From NCBI GenBank assembly GCA_043228905.1, contig JBHGNT010000016.1, positions 16,430,001 to 16,494,000 of the forward strand: a stretch of 64,000 nt of DNA, given 5' to 3'. The notes below the pieces were generated by a model that searched no databases, was not told the DNA's origin, and worked only from the letters and a program-made list of their open reading frames with translations. The DNA is from Azolla caroliniana (Eukaryota; Plantae; Polypodiophyta). This document shows positions 35,234 through 46,921 of this stretch, piece after piece; the first letter of the stretch is position 1, and each line of letters starts with the position of its first letter. Both the position numbers and the translations under genes were made by a program.

Positions 35234-38200
35234 TTAAAGACGACGAGTGGAACGAGTCGGCGCTGATTGCGGACCGGGTTTGTCCGGATACTTTCGATGG
35301 AAATCAGCAAGCAGATCCTGAGCATTGGCAACATGCTCGACGGGTTCCCAAGTGCGTTCGCTCGAACTATAACCAAGCCAATCGAGCAAATAATAAAGTT
35401 TGTTGCGAATAAGTTTGGAATCGAGGATGGCAGCAACTTCATACTCCGGGCCGACGTCCAACTCCAGCGGGGGCGGCGGTAGTGTAACATGATCGGGAAT
35501 GGTGTTTGCTTTATAAGGTTCAAGAAGAGAACAATGGAAAACCGGATGTATCTGAAGCTGTGGAGGGAGATCGAGGCGAAATGTGACATCATTAACCTTA
35601 CCCGTAATACGAAAAGGAGTGAGTCGTCGATAATCCAACTTGTCACACGGTTGAGTAGTCTTGATGTGACGATGTAAGAGCCATACTCAATCTCCGATGG
35701 CAAAAGAGAGGGGAAGTCGATGACGATCCGCGTAAGTCTTCTATGTTTGTTGAGCATGACGAAGATGAGTCGAGAGATCTGTTTGGATCTTGCGTAGTCT
35801 CTCCAAATGATCCCCGGCACGAGGATTGGTAGGTAACTCCGGGGTGTCGATCACCGACCAGCGAGGATGAGAACCGGTATAAGCGTAGAATGGGGAGACT
35901 CGAGTCGAGGAGTGAACAACATTATTATACGCAAACTCTGTAAAGTGGAGAATCTCGGCCCAATCGTCCTGTTGATAACTCAGGAAACACCTGAGATATT
36001 GCTCCAGCTTTTGGTTTGTTCGTTCCGCCTGCCCATCGGTTTGAGGATGGTACCCGGAGGAGAGGTTGCAAGAGACCTTGAGCATCTTGAAGAGATGCTG
36101 CCAAAATTTGGAGACAAATTGCGGTCCTCGGTCACTGATGATACTGTCTAGGAGGCCATGATGCCGAAATACCTCACGCATGACTAGGGTGGCGGTTTCC
36201 TCGCTAGTGATGGCCTTAGTACACGGAACAAAATGTGCCATCTTCGTATATCGATTGACGACGGTTAAGATAGCATCGAACCCCTGCGAGACCGGCAAAT
36301 CTGTGATAAAATCAAGACAAATAGACTGCCACGGCTTACTTGGAATCGGTAAGGGTTCCAACAAACCATATGGATGGTGTCGTGGCATCTTTGCTCGGCA
36401 GCAAGCATCACAAGTCTGAACGTAGTCGTCGACAAAACGACGCATGTGGGGCCACCAAAAAGATCGCTGCACTAGCTCCAACGTCTTAGTACTACCGAAA
36501 TGTCTCGCCGTATGGGTGTCGTGACAATGTTGGACGATTTGAAGGCGGCAGGAGCAATCGGGGACATATACGCGCTTTTTAAAGAATAACAAACCATCAT
36601 GATATTCGAATTGTCGGTAGTCAATACCTGGTTGTTAAGACTGAGAACAGGATGCCCGAGAAGTATCAATGTGGGCCAGGATGTCTTGAGCAAAACTATC
36701 CGTCTTCAAGTTTGCACGTATGTCATCGGTAATCCGTGAATCCATCAGGGTGTGAAAAATCTGCGTCGTGTGCAATCGTGTTGGCCCCAAGATTACTTGC
36801 TTTTGATTATCAAATGTTGGATCACCAGGACGAGGTGCAAGATATGAATGCCGTGATAGTGCATCTGCTTTTCCTTGCTGCTTCCCCGGTCGATATGTGA
36901 TTTTGAAGTCGAAATGCGTGAGGAATTGCGCCCACCGAGCTTGCCGTCGATTTAGTACGCGAGTGTTCTGGAAATAAGCAAGATTTTTATGATCACTAAA
37001 GACAATGACCTGATGTGGAGAGCCCTCTAAGAAATGCCGCCATTGCACAAATGAATCCACGATGGCTAATAACTCCTTGTCATGTATTTCGTAGTTGATT
37101 TCCGCGACATCGAATTTGTGCGAATGGAAAGCCACCAGATGCAACTCTTCTTTATCTCCTTGTTGAGAAAGGATGCTACCGAGGGCGAAATTTGAAGCAT
37201 CGGCCTCCATGATGAATGGTTTGCTGGTATCCACATGAGCTAGAATCGGTGCTGATGTAAAGGCTTTCTTAAGATGCCGAAAAGCCATATCTGCTTCGAT
37301 GGACCAAAGAAATGCTTGGCCCTTCTTCGTAAGTTGTGTGAGGGGTAAAATAATCTTTGAATAATCCTGTATAAACTTACGGTAGAAGTTAGCAAAACCT
37401 AGAAAACATTGTACATCTCGTACCGACCGTGGAATTTGCCACTCTAGTACAGTTTGAACTTTAGCTGGATCCATGGCGATGCCCTTTGAGGAGATGACGT
37501 AGCCTAGAAATTCCACTTGCTTGCAGTCAAAGCTACATTTTTCTAGCTTGGCATAAAGACCATTCTCGCGGAGCCACTTTAGTACTAATAGTACATGAGA
37601 ATCGTGCTCTTGCTGGGTCTTCGAATAAATCAATAGATCATCCAGATAGATGATCAAATAGATATCCAAGAGGTCTCTGAATATATCATTTGCCATGTGT
37701 TGGAAGACTGCGGGTGCATTGGTTAAGCCGAACGGCATAACAATATACTCGAAATGCCCATACCGCGTGCGAAAGGCGGTCTTCCATTCATCTCCCGGTC
37801 GGATCCGCACGAGGTTATACGCTCCTCGTAGATCGATTTTGGTAAAAAACTTGGCACCATTAACTCGCTCTAAAAGACTTGGTATAAGAGGAAGTGCATA
37901 CCTATTCCGGATGGTGACCTTATTCAATCCGTGGTAATCAACGACGAGACGAAGTGAGCCATGTTTCTTCTTGACAAAGAAGATGGGTGCACCGGCCAGA
38001 GATTTCGAATGACGGATGAACCCGCTTGCCAAGTTCTCCTCTATGTAGGCTCGAAGGACTTCTAACTCGGTGGGTGACAAGTTGTAAATTGGTCCCCATG
38101 GTGGCTCGGTTCCTGATTGTAAATTGATGGGACAGTCATAGGGACGGTGATGAGGAAGGGTACCGGCTTTTACCTTGTCAAATACATCGGCATAAGGATG

Positions 38201-39789
38201 ATATTTTGCCGGAAGTTGTACTGAGGAGTCCTTCTTAATAGTGTTGGAAGGATGTACTGATATTGCAAATAGGAACATTGCCTCCTTGTGTCCTTCTTCG
38301 CGTAATTGATGGAGTGAAATGGTCGAAACTCGGTGAGTAGATTCTTGGGGTGGTCGATATCAGACTTCTCTTGTTCTCCAATCTATGGCTAGATTATGTA
38401 ATTCAAACCAAGGTAATCCTAGGACAATGGGATGCTCTGGACTACTACTTATATTAAATGATATTACACACACAAAACTACCTAGGACAACTTGAATGGG
38501 TTCTGATTCTTCTACAATATTCCCGGAAGCAATGGGACGACCATCAATGACTACTACAGATGCGGGACAAGGAAGTTTTCTTAGGGATATCTGAGAAGCT
38601 TGGGCAAAATTTCGATCCATGAAACAGGAATTAGCTCCGGAATGTAAAAGTGCTAGGACGGGTACTGGGAGAGTACTTTTAGTACTAACAATGACTTGGG
38701 CTAGGAACACATTGCTAACTTGCTTGGAAGGAATGGAATCACTAATGGGCTGTACAGATCTAGGGCTGCTGTCCAACCAAACGGCTCCTATTTTGGATGG
38801 ACTCAATTGTTTAACTCTTCATCTAATTGACTAAGGATTTCAAATTTGTTTGAGATACTTGGGCTATTAGTACTATGAATACTATCTGACACTCTATTAG
38901 TACTATTAATACTATCTGACACTCCGAAGGGAAGAATTGACTCGGGTTTAGTACAGGCAACGATTTGATTTACCTGTCTTCTTGGCCTATGGGGACAATT
39001 GATGGCGATATGCCCTGGTCCACCGCAATAAAGACATAATCGATTGGCACGTCGTCGTTGCTTTTCTTCTTCCGATAACGGGCCGCGTCGACGCATGGTA
39101 TCTTTCTCCATCGGTGTCGAAGTATTTGCTTGAGGTATGTCTCGTGCAAACGGTTTAGCCACGACTGCGGCGTAAGTGGGCTTTGGCCTAGAGCGTGGTA
39201 TCTGTAATTGACGTTCCGAACGCCGTTCGAAAAGGCGGTTGTCACATCGGACCGCTCAACCGATTGCCTCCGTAAGAGACTTTGGTTCTTCGGGGAAAGT
39301 TAGAAGTAGATCTTTGACATCGTTTCGCAGGACATAGCAAAACTGCTCCATTAGTGCTTGATCATCCCAGGGTATATCTGAAGCGAGTAGGCGGAAATCC
39401 GCAGCATAGGCAGAGGCTGGACGATCGCCTTGACGCAATCGCCGGATCTTCTTGATCGCCGTCCTGATGTTGTCGGTGTCTCGAAAGCAGGCTTTAAACT
39501 CACTAATAAAATCTTCAAAGCTATTAAGCAAGGGCGATTGTTTTTCTAGAAGCGGAGCGAACCATGCTAAGGCTGAGCCGCTAAGCAACGTGCCAATTAA
39601 GCCGACTCGGGATGCATTAGTGGGATATCGGGAAGGATGCATTTGGAGGATTAATCGTACCTTATTAAGGAATCCCCTGAATTGCGATCGCGTTCCATCA
39701 AATTTCACAGGAAGTCCAATCTTCGGCTCTTTATGAAATCCTTGGGGACTTGATCCTTGTTGTTGCAATGCTGCTTCGAGTTGTTGCAC
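35234..39789 (-). pseudogene. gag-pol of chromovirus A, with frameshifts and stops
   Basis: ORFs 39256-39789, 38803-39162, 38360-38806, 36635-38278, 35741-36592, 35234-35638. Confidence 0.93.
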
Positions 39790-40346
39790 TCCTAATGCTA
39801 ACTGTCGTGACTCTTGAGTAGGAAGCAGAGAGAGAGCGATGGCGATAGAGATAACGATAACGATAGAGATGGCGAGAGCGGTAGAGATAGCGATAGTGAT
39901 AGCAAAAGAGAGTGAAAAAGGGAGAGAGTGCGAGAGAGAGAAAAGTATAAGTGAGAGATAAGAAATGGGAATGAGATTATATTATGAGAAAGAAGATTAC
40001 AAGGAGTAGGCTAAGGGCTAAAGACTGGTGTTGAACCGAATGAGTTGTGATGAGTGTATGGACTCTTATTTATAGGCCCTTATGGAGTATTCTAGAATGT
40101 TCTAGAATATTTTAGATATTTATGAATAATAATAATAATAATAAATATAATCATGAAATATTCAAGAGCATTCTAGAATAATCTAGAATGTTCTAAATAT
40201 CTCGTAATAACTAAACATATAATTATTATGATTACATCTCACATATGTTATTACAATGGTTAAAGTACAATATGTAAACCAAGAGGTTATGGGTTCGATT
40301 CCTGGTTCGCCAAGATGAATGTCATGATAAGCCAAGATGTATGTCT

Positions 40347-43300
40347 TCATGACATTATCCCCCCTTTTCGATGACGAGTTGCACGAGTCGGAAGAAAAGA
40401 TTTCAGACTTGGTTTATGAGGATATTGGTTGTGAAATGCAACAACCATGTCGGAGGCATTGGCAAGATGTTCGGCAGGCTCCCATGTTCGATCATTAGGT
40501 GTATAGCCTAACCAATCAACCAAGTAGTATAGTTTGTTGCGAATGATCTTGGAGTCGAGGATAGCGGCAACCTCATATTCAGAGCCATTGGAAACGTCAA
40601 TTGGAGGTGGGGGAGGTGTAACACGACCCGGAATAGAGCTCGTTGTGTAGGGCTCCAAAAGTGAAACATGGAAGACCGGGTGAAGACGCATATGAGGAGG
40701 AAGATCAAGACGAAATGTCACATCATTGATCTTACCACTTATGACATATGGGCCAAAACGTTGATAATCCAATTTGTAGCAAGGTCGGGTCGTTTTAATG
40801 CTACCTTGTAAGAGCCATACACGATCGCCTACTTGAAATGTAGTCGATGAATCACGCCGATGACGGTCAGCAATCTTTTTTTGAGTGTTTTGGGCTTCAC
40901 ATAAATGATGCAAAAGCATATCCTGAACTTCTTGGAGTCGAGTGAGCCGATCTTCAGCAGCTGGGTTTTTTGGGAGTTCAGGATGTTCAAGCATCGTCCA
41001 ACGAGGATGGTACCCAATGTTTGCAAAAAATGGGGAATATCCAGTAGAAGAATGCTCGGAGTTGTTATAAGCAAATTCTGCCAAAGGTAGTAAATCCACC
41101 CAATCATCTTGTTGATAGTTGACAAAACAACGTAGATATTGCTCGACTGTTTGGTTGGTGCGCTCACTCTGCCCATTAGTCTCTGGATGGTAACCGGAAG
41201 AGAGTTTACAAGAAGTATGTAAGAGTTTGAACATGTGCCGCCAAAATTTCGAGATGAATTGGGGACCCCGATCACTGATAATATCATCCGGAAGACCATG
41301 ATGGCGAAACACCTCCCGCATGAGTAAATCAGCTGTCTCTTGACTAGTAATGGTCTTTGTGCATGGAAGGAAATGTGCCATCTTCGTAAAACGATCGACA
41401 ACCGTGAGAATCGAATCAAATCCCTTGGAAGGTGGAAGATCCGTAATAAAGTCCAAGGAAATAGATTTCCATGGGCTCTCCGGAATAGGCATTGGCTGTA
41501 ATAAGCCATATGGATGATGTCGAGGCTTTTTTGATCGGCAACATGTATCACAGCTACGAACATAATCCGTAACAAAATGGCGAAGCCGTGGCCACCAATA
41601 TCGGCGAGAAATCAACTCAAAAGTCTTGTGGATGCCGAAGTGTCCCGCCATTGGTGTGTCATGACATTGTTGCATGACTTTGAGTCGAGAAGGACCGTCA
41701 GGCACATACAAGAGAGTTTGTCGAAAAAGTAACCCATCATGCCAACTAAACTGGGTGTAGTCTAGACGAGGATTTTGAGTTTGGGAGCTAGATGCACGAT
41801 TTGGGATAATATGGCTCAAAACCTCTTGGGCGAACGCATCAATCGCAATCTGCTCACGAATGGAATCAAGAAGCCTTGAATCTCCCGGTGTGTTGATGGT
41901 ATGCATTGCCATTATTCGTAGACGATCAGGACCTAAGAGGATTTGCTTTTGGCTTTCAAATGCGGCCTCTCCAGGTTGAAGTTCCATATACGAACGTCTA
42001 GATAAAGCATCTGCTTTTCCTTGTTGCATCCCAGGGCGATATAGAATTACAAAATCGAAACGAGTTAAGAACTGCGCCCAACGAGCTTGTCGTCGATTCA
42101 AGACTCGAGCACTTTGAAAGTATGTTAGATTTTTATGATCATTGTAGACAATAATCTGCTGAGAAGAACCCTCCAGAAAATGACGCCATTGTTGAAAAGA
42201 ATCCACAATGGCAAGAAGCTCTTTGTCGTGAATCTCATAGTTGATTTCTGCGGCTTCAAATTTTCGTGAGTGAAAAGCCACCGGGTGCAGTTCACCATCA
42301 TCACCAATTGGGATAGTACACTTCCGAGTGCGAAATCCGATGCATCAGCTTCAAGTATAAAGCGCCTCATTGGATCGACATGGATTAAGATTGGTGTGGA
42401 TGTAAATGCTTGCTTTAAACCCTCAAATGCAGAGTTCGCATCTATACTCCATACAAATGGTCGATTCTTGTGCGTCAGTTGAGTGAGGGGCAACACAATT
42501 TTTGAATAATCTTTGATGAACTTGCGATAAAAGTTTGCGAACCCCAAAAAACATTGCACATCTCGCACGGACTGTGGTGTTTGCCAATCCAAAATTGTTT
42601 GAACCTTTGATGGATCCATAGAGATGCCATTTGAAGAGACTATGTACCCCAAAAACTCCACTTGACATTGGTCGAAACTACACTTCTCCAATTTTGCATA
42701 GAGACCATACTCTCGTAGCCGTTGCAAAACTTGGCGAACATGTATATCATGTTCTTCTTGAGTTTTTGAGTAGATCAAGATATCATCCAGGTAAACAATG
42801 ATGAAGATATCGAGGAAGTCTCGAAAAATATCATTCGCCATATGTTGGAAGACTGCTGGTGCATTCGTGAGGCCAAAAGGCATCACTGTGTACTCAAAAT
42901 GACCATAGCGAGTGCGGAACGCCGTCTTCCATTCATCCCCAGGACGAATTCGAACAAGGTTGTAGGCACCTCGAAGATCTAACTTCGTGAAATACTTTGC
43001 TTCACTGAGGCGTTCTAGAAGGCTTGAGATCAATGGGAGAGCATATCGGTTTCTAACGGTCACTTTATTCAAGCCTCGATAATCCACGACCATACGAAGC
43101 GTACCATCTTTCTTCTTAACGAAAAAGATGGGTGCACCAGCAGGAGATTTTGAATGTTGGATAAAACCATTTGCCAAGTTCTCATTGATATATTCTCGAA
43201 GAACCTCTAACTCCGTGGGCGAAAGATTATAAATTGGTCCCCATGGAGGCTCTTTTCCTGGCTGCAAATCAATTGGGCAATCATATGGTCGATGCTCTGG

Positions 43301-43951
43301 TAGTCTATTAGCCTTCACCTTATCGAACACATCGGAGAATTCTATGTACTTCTTTGGTAGTTGGACCCCCAATTCTTGTGAGCTAGATGAGGGAGTTGCT
43401 AAAACCGCAAATACCATCATGTCTTCCTTTCTTCCATCCTCTCGTAATTGATGTATAGAGATTGTTGAAATTGTGGGGGATCCTAGATCCTTAGTTGGAG
43501 CTTCAAGAGACTTGGATTGTACGGTGACCTCTTCAATAGTTCTTTTTCTCCAATCAATGGTTGGGTTATGTAACTCAAACCAAGGAAGACCAAGAACTAG
43601 AGAGTGCTCCGGACTACTAATGATGTTAAATGAGATGACACTAGCCAAATTACCTAGGACTACACGAATTGGTTCAGACTCTTCGACTATATCTCCTGAT
43701 GCTATAGGGCGACCATCGATGACTCCTACAGCTACTGGGTTTGGGAGTTTTTTCTAGATGATGTTTTGAGTCAATGCAAACTCGTGATCCATGAAACAAG
43801 AATTGGCTCCGGAATCTAGGAGGGCAGAGGCTAGGGCGCGATGACCTGTAGATGTGCTAAGCTCGACTTGTGCAGAAAAAACTCTACTAACTTGATTTGA
43901 TGAAATGGAACCACAACTAGGTACTGACTCTACATAACTAGGATGGTCCAA
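40347..43951 (-). pseudogene. pol (PR-RT-RH-IN-chromodomain) of element B; one stop at 43754 and a 1-bp deletion near 42307
   Basis: LLDSGA, MPFGLTNAP, YLDD, DASD, HDKELLA, HPETNGQSER, FGPY, YEVAAILDSK...WEP. Confidence 0.95.
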
Positions 43952-45104
43952 CCAAATGACTCCTATTTTGGCCGGACTTATTCTTTAACACATCCTCTAA
44001 TTGGCTCAAGACATCAAATCTATTCTCATGGCATGGGCTATTAGGCTTAGTACTTAAGTTATTAGAAGTGATAGTAGAACTTGATGTAGGGTTGTCATGT
44101 GCACTTACTTGGTAAACTTGACGCCTGGGTTTATGTGGACAATTCACAACTATATGTCCTGGACCACCACAGTAGAGGCATAGGCGATGCGCCCGACGTC
44201 GTTGTTTCTCAGCATCTAATAAGGGCCCTCGACGTTGTGTCGACTCTATTTCCATCGGAGTGGGACCATCCCTCGTAACGGGTCTAGAACCTTGTGGCGG
44301 TGTGGCGACTATAGAAGCGTATGTCTGTTCCGGTTGGCGGCGTAACATTTGTTGACGTTCAGAACGTCGCTCAAATAGGCGATTATCACATCGCACAGCT
44401 CGGCTAATAGCTTCAGTAAGAGACTTTGGATCTTCATGGAAAGTAAGAAGAAGATCTTTGACATCGTTACGCAAACCCTGACGGAATTGATCCATTAAGG
44501 CTGCCTCATCCCAAGGGATGTCGCATGCCAAGAGACGGAAATCTGCGGCATAAGCTGAAGCGGGACGATCTCCTTGTCGGAGTCTTCGAATCTTGTTTAT
44601 TGCAGTCCTAGTGCTATCCGTATCTCCAAAACTAGCTTGAAACTCCTTAACGAATGCCTCGAAATCCTCCAGTAATGGTGATTTCTTCTCAAGAAGTGGT
44701 GCAAACCTTGCTAACGCTGTACCGCTTAGCAAGGTTCCTATTAATCCCACACGGGCAGCATCAGTTGGATACCGATTGGGATGTAACTGAATCACCAAAC
44801 GAACTTGATTCAGGAAACCTCGAAAGAGAGATCTGGTACCATCAAACTTGGCAGGGAGGCTAATCTTTGGTTCCCTTGGGGAGTTTTGAACCCCCGCCGC
44901 TTGTTCTCGTAATGTTAATATAGTAGCCTCAAGTTGATGAACCCGTTGTGATAACTCCTCATATTGATGAGCTTTCTCAGTACTGACTTGTTGAAGATCC
45001 CCGAGTAGCCTTTGATTTTCTTGCTCTAATGCCACAAACTTAGTGGTGAGCATATCGAGCTCCGAAAGGACACGCATATACTCTTGCTTGCTGACCGACT
45101 CCAT
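43938..45104 (-). CDS. gag of element B (388 aa)
   Basis: PAKFDG, LRQG..SAYAADF, PMEIE, knuckle CLYCGGPGHIVVNC. Confidence 0.92.
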   Translation of the reverse strand: MESVSKQEYMRVLSELDMLTTKFVALEQENQRLLGDLQQVSTEKAHQYEELSQRVHQLEATILTLREQAAGVQNSPREPKISLPAKFDGTRSLFRGFLNQVRLVIQLHPNRYPTDAARVGLIGTLLSGTALARFAPLLEKKSPLLEDFEAFVKEFQASFGDTDSTRTAINKIRRLRQGDRPASAYAADFRLLACDIPWDEAALMDQFRQGLRNDVKDLLLTFHEDPKSLTEAISRAVRCDNRLFERRSERQQMLRRQPEQTYASIVATPPQGSRPVTRDGPTPMEIESTQRRGPLLDAEKQRRRAHRLCLYCGGPGHIVVNCPHKPRRQVYQVSAHDNPTSSSTITSNNLSTKPNSPCHENRFDVLSQLEDVLKNKSGQNRSHLVGPS

Positions 45105-46921
45105 AACCGCGGGGGAAAAAGAAAGAAGGATAAAGAAGAAAGCTTGCTAGGGTTATTGGAGAAAGGGAAAAGAAATATTCGGTTCAAATTGTCGTGACTC
45201 TTGAGTAGGAAGCAGAGAGAGAGCGATGGCGATAGAGATAACGATAACGATAGAGATGGCGAGAGCGGTAGAGATAGCGATAGTGATAGCAAAAGAGAGT
45301 GAAAAAGGGAGAGAGTGCGAGAGAGAGAAAAGTATAAGTGAGAGATAAGAAATGGGAATGAGATTATATTATGAGAAAGAAGATTACAAGGAGTAGGCTA
45401 AGGGCTAAAGACTGGTGTTGAACCGAATGAGTTGTGATGAGTGTATGGACTCTTATTTATAGGCCCTTATGGAGTATTCTGGAATGTTCTAGAATATTTT
45501 AGATATTTATGAATAATAATAATAATAAATATAATCATGAAATATTCAAGAACATTCTAGAATAATCTAGAATGTTCTAAATATCTCGTAATAACTAAAC
45601 ATATAATTATTATGATTACATCTCACATATGTTATTACAATGGTTAAAGTACAATATGTAAACCAAGAGGTTATGGGTTCGATTCCTGGTTCGCCAAGAT
45701 GAATGTCATGATAAGCCAAGATGTATGTCTTCATGACACTAACTCCCCATGTTGTTGCTGCGTTTGTTGTTTTTCTAGAGCGATATGTTGCAGATCCCCT
45801 ATCAGTCGTTGGTTTTCTTGTTCCAAGGCAACAAATTTTTCTTTTAAGCACTATAGCTCGGAGAAAACGGATTGATATTCTTGGGCGCTAACAGTAGCCA
45901 TAGTATAGGAAAAAGGGTAGGAGGATGAGGGAGAACGACAAGTAGGTTGGAGGACCGGCAAAATTGGTTCAAACTGTCAGGAATAGTACTAAAGCAGAGA
46001 TGGAATTAGTACTAAAGAAGAGCAATACTATTAGTACTAAGAGGACGGGACTGCGTAAGACTCGAGAGAGAGAGAGAGAAAGAGAGATAGTGAGAATGAG
46101 AGAGAGAGAAGGATGATGACAGCAACTCTTATATTATATGAAAGATAAGTACAAATCGGCTAAGAGGCTTAAGACTGGTGTTGAACCAATTTGGTTCAAC
46201 ATAATGCCTAGTGCCTTCTTTTATAGTGTTGTCAGGAGTAATCCTGAAACTTCTAGAATGTTCCAGAGAAATCTGGAATATACATTACTTTCTTATAATA
46301 AAACATAAATGAAAATAATATCCTATGAATTACAATAGATAGTGTGATGGTTAAGAGCTCAACCTATATACCATAAGGTTATGGGTTCGAGTCTTGCCAT
46401 ATCATGACAGCTACCGTAGCTATTTCTTTGCAGCTTCAGATAGCGTTTGGCAGTCCATTTCTGCGTCGAGGTCGGAGAGCGTTGGCGAGGTTTGGTGGTG
46501 GGGAGAGTGCAAGAGAGAAAGTTCTGAGGGAGGGGGTTCACTGTGTGCGAGCTCTCTACGATTGATCTTCACGCGTCACTCTGCGTCTGTTCTCCTTGGT
46601 TCGCGATAGGAGAAGGTCTCGATGCGTGGGGCTTTTTCTCTCTGCATCTTGGCGCCTTTTTCGAGCCTCCGCATGTGCAAGTCGTGTACTATAATAGCAT
46701 TGCGTGCCATGTGGGGGTGGTTTAATGTCCTATTCATAGCCCCTCGTACCCTTTTTGACGTGCCTCTTTACTCCTCGTGTGCATGGTCGTTTCCACCACT
46801 CCTTTTCATGATTTATTTGTGACGGTTTGCCGTCGTTAAGCTTTCCCCGGTTGGCAACTCGTGCTCCCCCTTACCGGCTTGGTGGTAGCCGTTTTCCTCA
46901 CGGGTTGCCGTCGTGGTTGGC

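Larger units (their letters stand above)
39803..45738 (-). mobile_element. Young chromovirus (Tcn1-like) element B nested in the gag of A
   Basis: LTRs 39803-40354 and 45190-45738 differ by about 2 substitutions plus one AAT unit; perfect TSD ctaac; PPT at 40355-40368. Confidence 0.97.
34776..46409 (-). mobile_element. Chromovirus (Tcn1-like) LTR retrotransposon A
   Basis: LTRs 34776-35222 and 45975-46409; PPT at 35223-35236; TSD gctgt/gctac; gag, PR, RT (YLDD), RH, IN and chromodomain EYEVAAILDSK...YYLLDWLGY..ERTWEP. Confidence 0.95.

Noticed and set aside
40347-45104. Element B mobilised in trans despite its lesions
   Set aside because: Three lesions in ~4.8 kb are compatible with the decay implied by its LTR differences, or with sequence errors
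45026-45292. Ser-Leu repeat ORF
   Set aside because: Translation of CT-rich U5 repeats
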